64,000 bases of DNA from an uncultured delta proteobacterium. GTDB lineage: Bacteria; Desulfobacterota; Desulfuromonadia; Geobacterales; Pseudopelobacteraceae. Within the stretch, counting starts at the first letter, position 1. Every line of letters starts with the position of its first letter. The DNA lies in assembly GCA_963772835.1 (NCBI GenBank), contig CAVYYZ010000011.1:411107-475106 (forward strand), read 5' to 3'. Of the stretch, positions 29,241 to 41,454 are shown one piece after another. The notes beneath the pieces are model-generated. The model worked only from the letters and a program-made list of their open reading frames with translations. It searched no databases and was not told the DNA's origin. The position numbers and the translations under genes were made by a program.

Positions 29241-30554
29241 ATGATTGATAAACTCCTCTACATCGAAACCTTCGGCTGTCAAATGAATGTAAATGATTCT
29301 GAACGGATCATTACCATGCTGTCCGGCCTTGGGTATGCACGTACGAACGATCCTGCTTCCTCGGACATGATTCTGCTCAATACCTGCAGTGTGCGCGGAG
29401 GTGCAGAGGAAAAGGTGTACAGACGTCTTGCCAACCTGCGTATTTACAAACGGGACGGCAAAAAACAGATTATTGCGGTGGGCGGGTGTGTGGCCCAGCA
29501 GGAAGGTGAGGAACTCCTCCGAAAGCTGCCTTATCTTGATCTTGTTATCGGCACCCACAATCTTCATCTGCTGCCGGAAATGGTGCGGGGCGCCGAACGA
29601 GGCGAACGCCGTTCCGAGACGACCTTTATTGATAATGACAAGCGTCTGGACCTTTTTCCCGCAATTAAGGGGGAGTCACGTCTTTCCCGTTTTGTGACGG
29701 TCATGCAGGGGTGCAACAACTATTGCTCGTACTGCATTGTCCCCTTAGTGCGCGGTCCGGAGATAAGCCGCCGTTCGACAGATATCCTGGCAGAAGTCAG
29801 TCAGCTTGCAGCGGAAGGGGTAAGAGAAGTTATTCTGCTCGGCCAGAATGTTAACTCATACGGCCTTAGCACCGATAATGAACCGACGTTCGCTGAATTA
29901 ATACGGCAGGTAGCCGGAGTAACCGGAATAGACCGGATCCGGTTCACCACTTCGCATCCAAAGGATATGTCGGATGAACTGATCGCCTGTTTTGGAGATA
30001 TTCCAAAGCTGAGCGGGCAGATCCATCTACCGGCTCAGTCCGGAAGCGATGCCGTCCTTACGTTGATGGGGCGCGGATATACCCGGGATTCTTATCTTGA
30101 TAACGTACATAAACTAAGGACTATTCGCCCCGATATAGTTTTTACCGGTGATATCATTGTCGGTTTTCCCGGCGAAACCGATGCGGATTTCGAACAGACC
30201 CTCTCCTTAATGGAAGAGGTGCGCTATATTGACCTGTTTTCCTTCGTCTACTCGCCTCGCCCAGGGACAAAAGCGGCCGAACTGAGTGACAATCTGTCTC
30301 GAGTTGAAAAAATGGCCCGGCTTGATCGTCTTATGGAACTTCAGCGCCGGCATACCCGCGAGATCAGTCAGACCTATATCGGCAGCATAATGGCAGTACT
30401 TGTTGAAGGGGAGGGGAAACTTCCAGGGCAGCTTTCCGGCAAGGCCGAAATCGGCCGCATCGTTAATTTTACCGGTGACAGTTCCATGATCGGCAGCTTT
30501 GCCGATGTCAGAATCACCAAAGCCTATCCGAACTCACTGCTGGGTGAATTATGA
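29241..30554 (+). CDS. miaB: tRNA-2-methylthio-N6-dimethylallyladenosine synthase
   Basis: TFGCQMN..DSE, NTCSVR, radical-[18 protein letters not shown]-terminal TRAM region. Confidence 0.95.
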   Translation: MIDKLLYIETFGCQMNVNDSERIITMLSGLGYARTNDPASSDMILLNTCSVRGGAEEKVYRRLANLRIYKRDGKKQIIAVGGCVAQQEGEELLRKLPYLDLVIGTHNLHLLPEMVRGAERGERRSETTFIDNDKRLDLFPAIKGESRLSRFVTVMQGCNNYCSYCIVPLVRGPEISRRSTDILAEVSQLAAEGVREVILLGQNVNSYGLSTDNEPTFAELIRQVAGVTGIDRIRFTTSHPKDMSDELIACFGDIPKLSGQIHLPAQSGSDAVLTLMGRGYTRDSYLDNVHKLRTIRPDIVFTGDIIVGFPGETDADFEQTLSLMEEVRYIDLFSFVYSPRPGTKAAELSDNLSRVEKMARLDRLMELQRRHTREISQTYIGSIMAVLVEGEGKLPGQLSGKAEIGRIVNFTGDSSMIGSFADVRITKAYPNSLLGEL

Positions 30555-30576
30555 ACCAAATATTCAAGAGGCTATC

Positions 30577-32259
30577 ATGAACGGTATTGAACACTTATCA
30601 CCAACAGCCAACAACTTTCTGCGTACCATTATTGATGAGGATCTCAAAAGCGGCAAACACAGTAGTATAGTGACCCGCTTTCCGCCGGAACCGAACGGGT
30701 ATCTTCATATCGGTCATGCCAAGGCTATCTGCATCAACTTTGGTCTGGCGCGCGATTTCGGTGGACGATGCCACCTCCGTTTTGATGATACCAATCCGGC
30801 ACGGGAAGAGATGGAATACATCAATTCAATCAAGGAGAGCGTGAGCTGGCTCGGATTTGATTGGGGGAAACATCTCTATTATGCATCAGATAACTTTGAA
30901 CAGTTATATCAGTGGGCGGTTTTCCTGATTACGCAGGAAAAAGCGTATGTCGAAGATCTGAACGCAGAGCAGATCCGTGCCCACCGGGGCACATTGACTG
31001 AACCGGGAGTTGAAAGCCCGTATCGCACCCGTTCCGTTGAAGAAAATATGGACCTTTTCAGCCGTATGCGTGCCGGTGAGTTCCCGGATGGCACCCGCGT
31101 GCTGCGGGCCAGGATTGATATGGCTTCACCAAATATGAGTATGCGCGATCCCGTCCTCTACCGGATTTTACATACACCGCATCCGCATGTCGGTGATGCC
31201 TGGAAGATTTATCCGATGTACGACTTTGCTCATGGACAGACTGATGCCATTGAGGGGATTACGCATTCCATCTGCACATTGGAATTCGAATCACACAAAC
31301 CGTTGTATGAATGGTTTCTGGATAATCTGCCGGTACCTTCCCGACCGCGCCAATATGAATTTGCGCGGCTGAATCTGACTTACACTGTAATGAGTAAAAG
31401 AAAGCTGCAGGAATTGGTGCAACTCGGTATAGTCAATGGGTGGGATGACCCGCGAATGCCGACTCTGGCCGGGATTAAGCGGCGTGGATACACGGCGGCG
31501 GCAGTACGTACTTTTTGCGAACAGATCGGCGTTGGCCGGAGTGATTCATGGATCGATGTGTCCACGCTTGAGGAGTGTGTACGCGTTGAACTGAATGAAT
31601 CAGCACCTCGAGCCATGGCGGTTTTGCGGCCGATCAAACTGATTGTTGACAATTATCCGGCCGGCCTGACTGAAAACATGACCGCTGCCAACCACCCGCA
31701 ACGGCCTGAGATGGGAAGCCGCACCGTCTGTTTTTCCCGAGAGCTCTGGATTGATGCTGATGACTTCATGGAAGTGCCGATCAAAGGTTTCCATCGTCTG
31801 ACTGTAGGCGGTGAAGTTAAACTTCGATTTGGCTATATTGTGAGGTGCACGGGAGTTGTCAAGGACGATCAGGGAAATATTCTTGAATTGCATGGTGAGT
31901 ATGATCCCGCATCTCTCGAAGGTATCCACACAGCCGACGGCCGGAAAGTCAAAGGTGTTATCCACTGGGTATCTGCCGCTCATGCCGTTACTGCTGAAGT
32001 GCGACTTTTTGACCGCCTCTTCAGTGATCCTAACCCTGACCGGGGTGGAGTGGACTACAAACAGTTTCTTAATCCGAACTCAGTGGAGTCACGTATCGAC
32101 TGTAAGCTGGAGGCATCTCTTGCTGCAGCAGGCCTTGAGACCCGCTGGCAGTTCGAGCGGCAAGGCTATTTTAGTCAGGACCCGAAAGATTCACTCCCCG
32201 GCTCGCTTGTTTTCAACCGTATAGTCACATTGCGGGATGCATGGACTGCTAAGAAGTAA
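30577..32259 (+). CDS. glnS: Glutamine--tRNA ligase
   Basis: [45 protein letters not shown]. Confidence 0.96.
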   Translation: MNGIEHLSPTANNFLRTIIDEDLKSGKHSSIVTRFPPEPNGYLHIGHAKAICINFGLARDFGGRCHLRFDDTNPAREEMEYINSIKESVSWLGFDWGKHLYYASDNFEQLYQWAVFLITQEKAYVEDLNAEQIRAHRGTLTEPGVESPYRTRSVEENMDLFSRMRAGEFPDGTRVLRARIDMASPNMSMRDPVLYRILHTPHPHVGDAWKIYPMYDFAHGQTDAIEGITHSICTLEFESHKPLYEWFLDNLPVPSRPRQYEFARLNLTYTVMSKRKLQELVQLGIVNGWDDPRMPTLAGIKRRGYTAAAVRTFCEQIGVGRSDSWIDVSTLEECVRVELNESAPRAMAVLRPIKLIVDNYPAGLTENMTAANHPQRPEMGSRTVCFSRELWIDADDFMEVPIKGFHRLTVGGEVKLRFGYIVRCTGVVKDDQGNILELHGEYDPASLEGIHTADGRKVKGVIHWVSAAHAVTAEVRLFDRLFSDPNPDRGGVDYKQFLNPNSVESRIDCKLEASLAAAGLETRWQFERQGYFSQDPKDSLPGSLVFNRIVTLRDAWTAKK

Positions 32260-32285
32260 ATAATGAAAGAGTGGTATATAACTAC

Positions 32286-33176
32286 ATGAATAATAAAAAA
32301 TTTACATCCGGTTTTGTCTCTATTATCGGGCGCCCGAACGTTGGTAAATCGACTCTTCTGAACAGTATTATCGGCGAGAAGATTGTCATTACGTCGGACA
32401 AGCCGCAGACCACACGCAACCGGATTCAGGGGATCCACAACATCCCCGGCGGCCAGATCGTTTTTATCGACACCCCCGGTATCCATAGCGGACGATCGCG
32501 TCTCAACAAAAGCATGGTGGATGTGGCGCGCTCTGCTATCAGCGGAGTTGATCTATTGATGCTGGTTGTTGAAGCCACTACGTCTGCCGATGCTGACTTT
32601 GTACAGGACGTCCTTGGTAAAGCGAAGATTCCGGTAGTGCTGGTTATCAACAAGATTGATCTGCTTTCTGACAAGAATCAGGTCCTGAAAAAAATGGCCG
32701 ACTGGGCTGCGCTCTATCCGTTCAGGGAAATCATTCCGATTTCTGCCGGTCGCAATGACGGTGTTGAACATCTGGTAACAGTTGTCAGCAATTATCTCCC
32801 CGAAGGCCCTGCGCTTTTCCCGGATGATATTCTGACTGATATGCCTGAAAAATTTATCGTGGCTGAGATGATTCGTGAAAAAGTCTTCCGGCTGACACGT
32901 GATGAAATTCCGTATTCAACGGCGGTTGTCGTAGAGAGTTTTATCGAACGGGAGAATGGCGTAATCGCAATTTCGGCGGCAATTATGCTGGAACGTGCTA
33001 CCCAGAAGGGCATCATAATCGGCTCAAAGGGTGAAATGCTTAAAAAGATCGGGAGTCAGGCAAGGCAGGATATCGAGCGATTGCTGGACACTAAAATTTA
33101 TCTTGAGCTGTTCGTAAAAGTTGTTGAAAACTGGAGTGAACGGCCGTCAAAATTGAGAGAACTGGGATACGAATGA
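32286..33176 (+). CDS. era: GTPase Era
   Basis: [24 protein letters not shown] domain IIIG.KG..LK.IG. Confidence 0.97.
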   Translation: MNNKKFTSGFVSIIGRPNVGKSTLLNSIIGEKIVITSDKPQTTRNRIQGIHNIPGGQIVFIDTPGIHSGRSRLNKSMVDVARSAISGVDLLMLVVEATTSADADFVQDVLGKAKIPVVLVINKIDLLSDKNQVLKKMADWAALYPFREIIPISAGRNDGVEHLVTVVSNYLPEGPALFPDDILTDMPEKFIVAEMIREKVFRLTRDEIPYSTAVVVESFIERENGVIAISAAIMLERATQKGIIIGSKGEMLKKIGSQARQDIERLLDTKIYLELFVKVVENWSERPSKLRELGYE

Positions 33177-34531
33177 AACCTTTAGTCGCCATTGTCGGCC
33201 GTCCCAATGTGGGCAAATCAACCCTTTTCAACCGTCTTCTGGGACATCGTCGAGCTATTGTCGATGACACCCCCGGAGTCACACGTGACCGCAACTATGC
33301 CAACATCACCCGTTTTGAAAAGCCGTTCATCCTCATTGATACCGGTGGATTCGAGCCGGTAACGGAGAATCTGCTACTGCAGCAGATGCGCGAACAATCG
33401 CGTCTTGCCATCGAGGAGGCAGATGTCATCATTTTTATGATGGATGCCAGAAGCGGTCTCACCCCGGCGGACATTGAAGTGGCCGAAATGCTGAGGCGCG
33501 TCAAAAAACCGGTATTTTTTGTGGTTAATAAGGTTGATGGCGAAAAACTGGAGAATGAATCCGCGGAATTTTATTCCCTCGGCATTGGAGAGCTGTACAC
33601 CATTTCGGCCGAACATAATCGAGGAGTTATCGACCTCGTTGAAAACATTTTGGAAGTTTTCCCGCCGGCTGATGGTGCCGACCCCGAAGAGAATGTCACT
33701 CGTATTGCCGTGGTAGGACGGCCTAATGTCGGCAAATCGTCACTTGTCAACCGACTGCTCGGCTTTGACCGGGTCGTCGCGAATCCTACCGCCGGCACAA
33801 CCCGTGATTCGGTCGACACTCCATTCACCTGTAATAAAAAACCATACGTTCTGATTGATACCGCCGGTATTCGTCGCAAGGGTAAAACGACCGAAAAGCT
33901 CGAGAAGTACAGCGTCTGTGATGCCTTGCGCAGTATCGAACGAGCCGATGTCGTGCTGATGGTTATCAACGCCGAGGAAGGTGTGACTGAGCAGGACGAG
34001 CGCATCGCAGGATATATTCATGAAGCAGGTAAAGGGTGTGTATTTGTCATCAACAAATGGGACCTGCTTGAAAAAGATAATGCCACACTTGGAATATATA
34101 TAGCCAAAATCAGGGACGGCTTCAAATATCTGGCGTACGCCCCGATCGTGTGCGTCTCTGCTAAAACAGGTCAACGCTCAGGCAAGATAATTACTACAGT
34201 TGATGAAGTTATGGAGCAATTCTGTCGTCGCGTTACTACATCTGAGTTGGTGCACGTGTTTACCGATGCCATTGAATCACACCATGCTCCCTTATCTCAC
34301 GGTCGCAGGGTTAAATTCTACTTTGCTACACAGGTTGCAACCAGGCCGCCATCCTTTGTCATTTTCACCAATCAGCCTGATAATATTCACTATTCATACG
34401 AGCGGTATCTTATTAATAAATTTCGCGAAGCATTCGGCTTCGACGGCGTTCCGTTGCGGCTAATGTTCCGTGGCAGAGATAAAACCGATACTTCCCGCAA
34501 AGGAGGATCCGATCGCCCGTCATCCCTATAA
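33173..34531 (+). CDS. der: Ribosome biogenesis GTPase Der
   Basis: Two tandem G domains (GRPNVGKS twice, DTGG/DTAG, NKVD/NKWD). Confidence 0.97.
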   Translation: MKPLVAIVGRPNVGKSTLFNRLLGHRRAIVDDTPGVTRDRNYANITRFEKPFILIDTGGFEPVTENLLLQQMREQSRLAIEEADVIIFMMDARSGLTPADIEVAEMLRRVKKPVFFVVNKVDGEKLENESAEFYSLGIGELYTISAEHNRGVIDLVENILEVFPPADGADPEENVTRIAVVGRPNVGKSSLVNRLLGFDRVVANPTAGTTRDSVDTPFTCNKKPYVLIDTAGIRRKGKTTEKLEKYSVCDALRSIERADVVLMVINAEEGVTEQDERIAGYIHEAGKGCVFVINKWDLLEKDNATLGIYIAKIRDGFKYLAYAPIVCVSAKTGQRSGKIITTVDEVMEQFCRRVTTSELVHVFTDAIESHHAPLSHGRRVKFYFATQVATRPPSFVIFTNQPDNIHYSYERYLINKFREAFGFDGVPLRLMFRGRDKTDTSRKGGSDRPSSL

Positions 34532-34593
34532 AGACTTTACTTGGGTCCTCTGTTGCGATATATTCTTCCAGTTTTATCCGGCGTTACGCTGCC

Positions 34594-34622
34594 TTGACCG
34601 GCAAAATTAAGTACGTTATCTT
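34594..34622 (+). promoter_or_regulatory. Putative sigma70 promoter of the chemosensory cluster
   Basis: TTGACC-N17-TATCTT in the der-DUF4388 intergenic region. Confidence 0.5.
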
Positions 34623-34757
34623 AATTGTTCTTCCAGGCTTCTGATAAGCGGATTGTTCGTTCTAGAAATCATGTCTGCAAAATAAATCAGATATGATTTT
34701 TACCATTCATTTAAAGTGTCCGGAATAACTTCTCAAGTACTAATTGGATTGTGACGA

Positions 34758-36434
34758 ATGAGCCTGGAAGGTACCCTTGAAGAGCTTGGACTTGGCGAGA
34801 TATTACAGATCGTCAGCCTCAGCAGAAAAACCGGCGTTCTTATCCTCAGCAGCAGGGGAAGAGATGGCTCGGTTTTTTTTCGTAAAGGACAGGTTGTCAG
34901 AGCGACCTCGAGCACCTGCCAACAAAGCCTGGGCGAGGTGTTGATTCAAAAAGGGGTCCTTGATCCACCTGTACTGCGCAAGGCCCTTGCTTTTCAGAAT
35001 GAACACGGGTTTTGTGAGCGCCTCGGGGTGATTCTTGTAAAAAACTTTGGTATTTCACAAGAGATTATCGAAGAAGTGGTCAGAGAACAGATAGAAAATG
35101 TTGTCTTCTCACTGTTTGCCTGGACAAAGGGTACATTCGATTTTCAAACTCAGGACTCGGTTGAAACGGTTGACGGTACAATGATGGACCCACTGCAGTT
35201 CATGCTGAATCAGGGATTAAACCCTCAGTTTCTCGCTATGGAAGGCACCAGGATCCATGATGAAAAACGTCATGCAGCAGAAACGGGTTGTGATGATGAT
35301 GACTCTGCTGACGATGCGGCTGATCTTGACATTGAATCGGTTGAAGACTCAAATACACCAAAGCCGGCTCCTCGTGTGACTCAGCAAACAGTGGTATTGG
35401 TTGACGATGACGTCCCGACTCTGCAGGCAATTTCTGACGGGCTGACAGAAAACGGTTTTGTCGTTCATGCAATGACGCGAAGTGAGGACACGCTGATCAA
35501 GGTAGACTCACTGAACAGAAGCGGAGAGAATCCAATCGTTCTCATTGATCTGATTATGCCGAAGATGGACGGATCAGGTGTTCTTGGCGGCGTTGAACTC
35601 CTTGATCTTCTGCATAACAACTTTGAAAATCTTCAATTATTAATCATGACCGACTACCATCACGCGGATGCCGAGAAAAAAATACGTGATCGTGGATATC
35701 CTTTTCTCATGAAACCCCGGCGTGTTGAAATACACACTCCTGAGATCATGAATAATTTTCTTTCGCAGATTACACATGACATTCGTCATTACTCAGACGC
35801 CTTGACTTCCGTAGAGTGGCAGGAACGATTCAATCTTGGTGATGAGCTTCGCATTGAGATGGGTGAAGATGACGACATGCCGCGCCCGGCCGAATCCGCT
35901 CGACAGGACGGGAACGGCGGGCTTTCCCTGTTGCGCGGCATGCTTGAGGAGCTGACTAATCCTGAACTGCAAGGAGGGGTGCTGCTGCTGGTACTTCGTT
36001 TCGCTTCGGAATTTTTAAACAGGGCTATTATTTTTACCATCGACAATCAGATTATTTCCGGTTTTGGACAATTCGGCATCACCGGCGGAACAATCAGCGG
36101 CGATGAAAAAGTACGTGCAATACACTTTTCTCAGGAATCCGGGTCTATGTTTGATGAACCTTTTCAAACCAGACAGTCTCTCACGTTCACTCCAACCCCC
36201 TCTCCGGTGGATTCTCATATTTTTGATCAATTGGGCGGTGGTCTGCCGGCAGAGATTTTCATCGGTCCATTAATTAGCCAGTCCCGTGTCATCGGATTTC
36301 TCTACGGAGACAATCTTCCGGAAAAGAAGCCCGTAGGAAATATCGAACCGCTTGCTATTTTCCTGTCGCAGGCGGGGATTTCAATTGAGAAATCTTTGCT
36401 TGAACGACAGTTGAATGAGAGGAGTACATCGTGA
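34758..36434 (+). CDS. DUF4388 - receiver - GAF-like multidomain protein
   Basis: MSLEGTLEELGLGEILQ..S.SRKTG.L N-terminus; central VLVDDD...LIDLIMP; C-terminal GPLISQSRVIGFLYGD. Confidence 0.8.
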   Translation: MSLEGTLEELGLGEILQIVSLSRKTGVLILSSRGRDGSVFFRKGQVVRATSSTCQQSLGEVLIQKGVLDPPVLRKALAFQNEHGFCERLGVILVKNFGISQEIIEEVVREQIENVVFSLFAWTKGTFDFQTQDSVETVDGTMMDPLQFMLNQGLNPQFLAMEGTRIHDEKRHAAETGCDDDDSADDAADLDIESVEDSNTPKPAPRVTQQTVVLVDDDVPTLQAISDGLTENGFVVHAMTRSEDTLIKVDSLNRSGENPIVLIDLIMPKMDGSGVLGGVELLDLLHNNFENLQLLIMTDYHHADAEKKIRDRGYPFLMKPRRVEIHTPEIMNNFLSQITHDIRHYSDALTSVEWQERFNLGDELRIEMGEDDDMPRPAESARQDGNGGLSLLRGMLEELTNPELQGGVLLLVLRFASEFLNRAIIFTIDNQIISGFGQFGITGGTISGDEKVRAIHFSQESGSMFDEPFQTRQSLTFTPTPSPVDSHIFDQLGGGLPAEIFIGPLISQSRVIGFLYGDNLPEKKPVGNIEPLAIFLSQAGISIEKSLLERQLNERSTS

Positions 36435-36811
36435 GTTCCAAAACCATCCTGATCGCCGATGACTCACCAACAATGCGTGCCATGCTGGTTGCTATTATCG
36501 AAGAAATCGGTAACTATCAGACAGTTGAGGCCTCCAGCGGCTTTGAGGCGCTGCGGCTTCTTCCACGAGAACATGTTGACCTGATTTTAACAGATATAAA
36601 TATGCCTGATATCAACGGGCTTGAATTGATCAGCTATCTTCGCACCAACCCGAATTACAAAAACATTCCCATTTTCATTATTTCAACGGAAGGAAGCGTA
36701 CTTGATGTTGAAAAAGGTAAACGGCTCGGAGCTGACGAGTATATTGTTAAGCCTTTCTCTCCTGTAACTCTCCAGCAATTAATTGAAAGCTATTTAAATA
36801 AAACGCTCTGA
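36431..36811 (+). CDS. cheY: CheY-like receiver
   Basis: LIADDS, LTDINMP, ISTE, VKPF; adjacent to cheA. Confidence 0.88.
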   Translation: MSSKTILIADDSPTMRAMLVAIIEEIGNYQTVEASSGFEALRLLPREHVDLILTDINMPDINGLELISYLRTNPNYKNIPIFIISTEGSVLDVEKGKRLGADEYIVKPFSPVTLQQLIESYLNKTL

Positions 36812-36835
36812 CTGGGTGGTTTGAGGTACAGCGTA

Positions 36836-38947
36836 ATGGATGAACAGAACACCACACATACGAAAATCCTTCAGGATTTTCTTGCTGAAGCGGAGGAGAT
36901 TGTTGAACAGCTTGGTTCTGAATTTGCCGATCTATCCGATATGGCTGAAAGTGGTGATTTGAATCCTGATGTCCTAAACTCCATTTTCCGGGGAGCCCAT
37001 TCCTTGAAGGGTTTAGCAGGGATGTTCGGTTTTAGCGATGTCGCGGAACTATCTCATAACATGGAAAATCTGCTTGACTTGTTGAGACTCGGAAAACTGG
37101 ATATAACTCAGCAACTTATGGCTGTTTTGTTTGAATCTCAAGATTTGTTGAGCACTCTTGTCCGCGTGCTTGCCTTAGGCGAAGAGACAAACATGGCTGT
37201 GGAAATTGCAGCCTGTGTGACAAAAATAAATAATTGTCTTGAATCGCCTGATAAACAGTTCGGTGAATCTCCTTTTGATACCATCGGCATCCCTGCCCAC
37301 GTACATGACGCTCTGACTGAATATGAAGCACACCGCCTGAAAGACAACCTGGCCAAAGGGAAATGCATATTCAGCGTCCATACTTCATTTAATCTTACTT
37401 CATTTGATACCGAATTGTCTGAAGTTACGGATATTCTGAAGGAGTGCGGAGAAGTTATCAGTACCTTGCCAAGCGTCGGGATAAACCTTGAAACCAATAT
37501 CGACTTTGAAATTCTTTTCGGTTCAAAACGATCTCTTGATGAGTTAAAAGCGCTTGTCGAACGTGATAGTGTAACAGTCACTCAACTTGGCCACAACGAG
37601 AGATCTGATACATCGGCCGCTACGCCCCCCCATGAAAAAAACAACTGCAGTATCGTCATCGGACATTCCTCTTCGGAGATTGCCAAACCAGACACACCGA
37701 CGACCTCTCTGATTACCGGCACTCCACTCCCGCCCGATGAGGCTGTGCTTAGTGCAAAAAGCATGAGCAGGACGGTTCGAGTTGATATCGGTAAGCTTGA
37801 TGAATTGATGAATATCGTCGGGGAACTTGTACTTGCCAACTCGGCTATTACCGATGTTGCCATCAAGATGCGAAATACAGGGTTTTCGCACACGGCAATT
37901 GAGCTGGGTAAAGCGGCAAAAGGGCTTGACCGGAAACTTTCAGAACTTCAGAAAGGCGTCATGGAAATCCGAATGATCCCTATCGGGCAGTTGTACGAAA
38001 AAATGTCACGAATTGTTCGTAAGATATCGCGGGAACAGGGGAAACGCATCGAGCTAAAATTTATCGGTGCGGATACTGAGCTTGATAAATTGATCGTTGA
38101 AGATATTTCTGATCCGATGATGCATATTATCCGAAATGCCATAGACCATGGTATCGAGTCACGTGACGTCCGCATTGCCCAGGGGAAAAATGAAAAGGGT
38201 ACCATCCAGATTTCATCATATCAAAAAGGAAATCATGTTGTTATTGAAATTGAAGATGATGGCGGTGGTATTGATGTCGATAAAGTGAAAAATAAAGCGT
38301 TCCAAAACGGGTTGGTAAGCGACATTAGTGCAGTGTCCGATCGAGATGCGATTGATTTTATCTTTCTACCCGGTTTTTCAACCAATGAAACAGTCAGCGA
38401 GGTCTCCGGACGAGGAGTCGGCATGGATGTTGTCAAAAACAACATCTCTGCAATTTCAGGAATGGTGGATATTGAAACGCGAAAAGGCGAGGGGAGCCGT
38501 TTCATAATAACACTTCCGATCACGCTGGCTATTATAAAGGCCCTTATAATTAATTGTAACGAAAGAACATATGCTCTGCCGATCACGTCAGTACTTGAAT
38601 CGTTTATAATGTCTGATAAGGACATCATGACCGTAGAGCGAAAAGAGGTAGTACAGCTTCGTGAATCGACGCTGCCTCTGTTGAGACTTACTCATTATTT
38701 TGATATCCAACGCACAGCCGAACCACCAAAGGAATTTTATGTCGTAGTAGTCGGCGTTGCAGAAAAGCGTCTCGGAATTGCTGTAGACGATCTTGTCTGC
38801 CAGCAGAATATTGTCATAAAACCGCTGGGCGAATCATTCAAGCAGTTCCGTGGAGTTTCCGGAGCGGCAGACCTTGGAGACCAGCGTACAATTCTTGTAT
38901 TGGATATTGGCGGGATAATTAATGAATCAATGCGTTCCGGGAGCTGA
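36836..38947 (+). CDS. cheA: Chemotaxis histidine kinase CheA
   Basis: HPt FRGAHSLKG; TVRVDI.KLD.LMN.VGEL; RNAIDHG, GRGVGMDVV; C-terminal CheW domain. Confidence 0.96.
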   Translation: MDEQNTTHTKILQDFLAEAEEIVEQLGSEFADLSDMAESGDLNPDVLNSIFRGAHSLKGLAGMFGFSDVAELSHNMENLLDLLRLGKLDITQQLMAVLFESQDLLSTLVRVLALGEETNMAVEIAACVTKINNCLESPDKQFGESPFDTIGIPAHVHDALTEYEAHRLKDNLAKGKCIFSVHTSFNLTSFDTELSEVTDILKECGEVISTLPSVGINLETNIDFEILFGSKRSLDELKALVERDSVTVTQLGHNERSDTSAATPPHEKNNCSIVIGHSSSEIAKPDTPTTSLITGTPLPPDEAVLSAKSMSRTVRVDIGKLDELMNIVGELVLANSAITDVAIKMRNTGFSHTAIELGKAAKGLDRKLSELQKGVMEIRMIPIGQLYEKMSRIVRKISREQGKRIELKFIGADTELDKLIVEDISDPMMHIIRNAIDHGIESRDVRIAQGKNEKGTIQISSYQKGNHVVIEIEDDGGGIDVDKVKNKAFQNGLVSDISAVSDRDAIDFIFLPGFSTNETVSEVSGRGVGMDVVKNNISAISGMVDIETRKGEGSRFIITLPITLAIIKALIINCNERTYALPITSVLESFIMSDKDIMTVERKEVVQLRESTLPLLRLTHYFDIQRTAEPPKEFYVVVVGVAEKRLGIAVDDLVCQQNIVIKPLGESFKQFRGVSGAADLGDQRTILVLDIGGIINESMRSGS

Positions 38948-38952
38948 CATTC

Positions 38953-39753
38953 ATGTATAAGCGTTATTTCGGCTTTAAGGAAAAACCATTCAGCAAAACA
39001 CCCGACCCGCGGTTCTTGTTTTTGAGCCGCGGACATGAAGAGGCTCTTGCCAGGCTTGAATTTGTAGTTGAAGAACGTGAAATTGCAGTGTTAACAGGTG
39101 ATATCGGTTGCGGAAAAACCACATTATCACGTGCTCTCATGGATCGTCTCGGCTCCCGGTTTCGTTTTTGCTATATTATTAATCCTCGCCTTAATGCCAT
39201 TGAATTTCTTCGAACTATTGCCAGAATTCTTGAAGTAGAACTTCCGGCAGAAGCGAAAGATACTTTGATTAATCAGATTCACACAGCCGTATACGCACTG
39301 AATCAACGTGATATCTGTCCGGTTCTGGTAATTGACGAAGCCCAGATGATAACTGATGCCGAAGTTTTTGATGAAATCAGGCTGCTGACCAATTTTCAGT
39401 TGGATGACCGTAATCTGCTTAGCGTTGTAATTATGGGGCAACCGGAGCTGCGTCCAATGATGGCATCAAGCCGCTTCGAACCTCTTCGTCAGCGGATTTC
39501 ACTTCATTACCATCTGAAACCGTTATCACTTGATGAAATAATGGAATACCTTGATTTCCGGCTTGAAGCCGCCGGAGGCTCTCCCGGATTGTTTACACCG
39601 GATGCCGTACAGCGAATTCATGAACTGAGTGGCGGGGTGCCGCGTAAAATAAATTCAATGGCAACTAATGCTTTGCTTGTTGCGTACGGATACGATGCCG
39701 CGTTGATTGATTCGGGCATAATCAACGATATTAAAGATGAATTAATGATGTAG
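38953..39753 (+). CDS. ExeA/GspA-family AAA+ ATPase (ATPase domain only)
   Basis: MY..YFGF.EKPF..TPDP.F, Walker A GDIGCGKT, Walker B IDEAQ, GQPEL, GGVPR.IN. Confidence 0.9.
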   Translation: MYKRYFGFKEKPFSKTPDPRFLFLSRGHEEALARLEFVVEEREIAVLTGDIGCGKTTLSRALMDRLGSRFRFCYIINPRLNAIEFLRTIARILEVELPAEAKDTLINQIHTAVYALNQRDICPVLVIDEAQMITDAEVFDEIRLLTNFQLDDRNLLSVVIMGQPELRPMMASSRFEPLRQRISLHYHLKPLSLDEIMEYLDFRLEAAGGSPGLFTPDAVQRIHELSGGVPRKINSMATNALLVAYGYDAALIDSGIINDIKDELMM

Positions 39754-39764
39754 GCGGAACAGTT

Positions 39765-40526
39765 ATGGATCTCGCGAAAATCAGAAAAAAAGCGTTATTA
39801 ATTCAGGTAGATTCTGTTGCAGAAGGCAAGATGACTCCATCGGCTTTACCTGAGTCGTTCAAGGACTTACCCGAAGCGATTCCGGCCGGTCCTGCTTCAC
39901 CAACGGCAGATTCTCTTTCAATAGAGCCGGATTATACTTCGTTTGCACCAAAAGTAGCCGCGCCACAATTAAATACCGACGTGCTTCCGGATCCGATGTA
40001 CACTCCATTGGAAGCTATTATGGCAGGTAGAAGCGCTGCAGGGTGCGACGCTGAATTTATTGATGCTGATGAATCCACCAACGTGTTAATTGCAGAATCC
40101 AGTAAGGAGTTTCTCTGCTTTCGGGTTTCTGATGAGATCTATGGTATAAATATCATGGATATTAAAGAGATAATAAAGCCGAGAGTGGTAACAGAAGTTC
40201 CTCGAGCACCGCTTTTTGTTTCGGGTGTTTTGTCACTTCGTGGCACAATAATTCCGATTATTGATATGCGTGTCCGTCTGGGCCTTGCTCGTGAAGAGCC
40301 GACCGGTAAGGAACGGATTGTTGTCATAAGAATCCTTAATTCATATAGCGGACTTCTGGTAGATGAAGTGATTCAGGTTGTGAGGATTCCGCTGGAAGCT
40401 GTTGAGGATGTTCCTACTGTTCTTGAAGGAATCGATCGCGAATTTATCAGCGGACTTGGCCGTTCTGATGGACGTTTGATTATAATTTTAAATCTGGAAA
40501 ATATTGCTGACATAAATCTATATTAA
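39765..40526 (+). CDS. cheW: CheW with Pro/Ala-rich N-terminal extension
   Basis: FLCFRV..E.YG..I..IKEII, TEVPRAP, GVLSLRG.IIPIID.R. Confidence 0.92.
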   Translation: MDLAKIRKKALLIQVDSVAEGKMTPSALPESFKDLPEAIPAGPASPTADSLSIEPDYTSFAPKVAAPQLNTDVLPDPMYTPLEAIMAGRSAAGCDAEFIDADESTNVLIAESSKEFLCFRVSDEIYGINIMDIKEIIKPRVVTEVPRAPLFVSGVLSLRGTIIPIIDMRVRLGLAREEPTGKERIVVIRILNSYSGLLVDEVIQVVRIPLEAVEDVPTVLEGIDREFISGLGRSDGRLIIILNLENIADINLY

Positions 40527-40538
40527 GAAGGGGGCGGC

Positions 40539-40928
40539 ATGCTGAGAAAAAAAAGAGTTCTGATTGTTGAAGACGAAGAGAGTCTGCTCAAGTTGGAGAC
40601 AATTCTCCTGACAGTTAAAGGTTTTGATGTGACAGGAGTATTTACCGGAAAAATGGCAATAGACAAAATCGGAGTGGAAGATTTTGACCTCGTATTACTT
40701 GACATAATGCTGCCCGATATTGACGGGTATGAAGTATGCCGGCAAATCCGGAAAAATCCCCGCACTGCCGCAATACCGATCATTATGCTGACCGGAAAAA
40801 AAACCCAGAATGACCATGACACAGGCGTTTTATGCGGTGCCAACGCCTATATTGTAAAACCTTTTAAATCGGCCATGATTATTGATGAAATTAATAGACT
40901 TTTGGCTTCATCAGGAGCCGGTAAGTAA
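40539..40928 (+). CDS. Single-domain response regulator
   Basis: LIVEDE, LLDIMLP, MLTG, VKPF. Confidence 0.9.
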   Translation: MLRKKRVLIVEDEESLLKLETILLTVKGFDVTGVFTGKMAIDKIGVEDFDLVLLDIMLPDIDGYEVCRQIRKNPRTAAIPIIMLTGKKTQNDHDTGVLCGANAYIVKPFKSAMIIDEINRLLASSGAGK

Positions 40929-40929
40929 C

Positions 40930-41370
40930 ATGGATGAGTCAACACCTCATATCCAAATGGCCTGCTTCAGTCTTGAAGACAAGCTATTTGCTGTTGATAT
41001 TATGAGAATACGTGAAATTATTGTGCCTCAGCAATTTTCTCCGCTACCTTGTAACTCAGATATTCTGGAAGGTGTTATTAACCTTCGAGGTGCAGTTATT
41101 CCGGTAATGAGCATGCGTAAACGATTCGGGATGCCCGTATTTGAAAATAAGGCGGCAGGCAAACTGCTGATTTTGGCGTTAACCGGGCAGTTATTGGCTC
41201 TTATTGTAGATGACGTTATGGAGGTTATATCCGTTCCGGTGTCTGACATAAAACCGCCTATCCAGCTAGTGCCGGGAGTAGGAATGGAATTTATATTGGG
41301 AGTGTGCCTCTCAAATAACCGGGTCGTAATGATTTTAAATATTGATTCACTCCTTTGTAGTCATAAATAA
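40930..41370 (+). CDS. cheW: CheW
   Basis: FAVDIMRIREII, EGVINLRG.VIPV. Confidence 0.9.
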   Translation: MDESTPHIQMACFSLEDKLFAVDIMRIREIIVPQQFSPLPCNSDILEGVINLRGAVIPVMSMRKRFGMPVFENKAAGKLLILALTGQLLALIVDDVMEVISVPVSDIKPPIQLVPGVGMEFILGVCLSNNRVVMILNIDSLLCSHK

Positions 41371-41454
41371 TATACCACTCCGAAATCCTCATAATTACGA
41401 CGTTGACCATTAGGTCATAAGCCGAACCCTTAACACCATGTCAGGAGAAGCCAG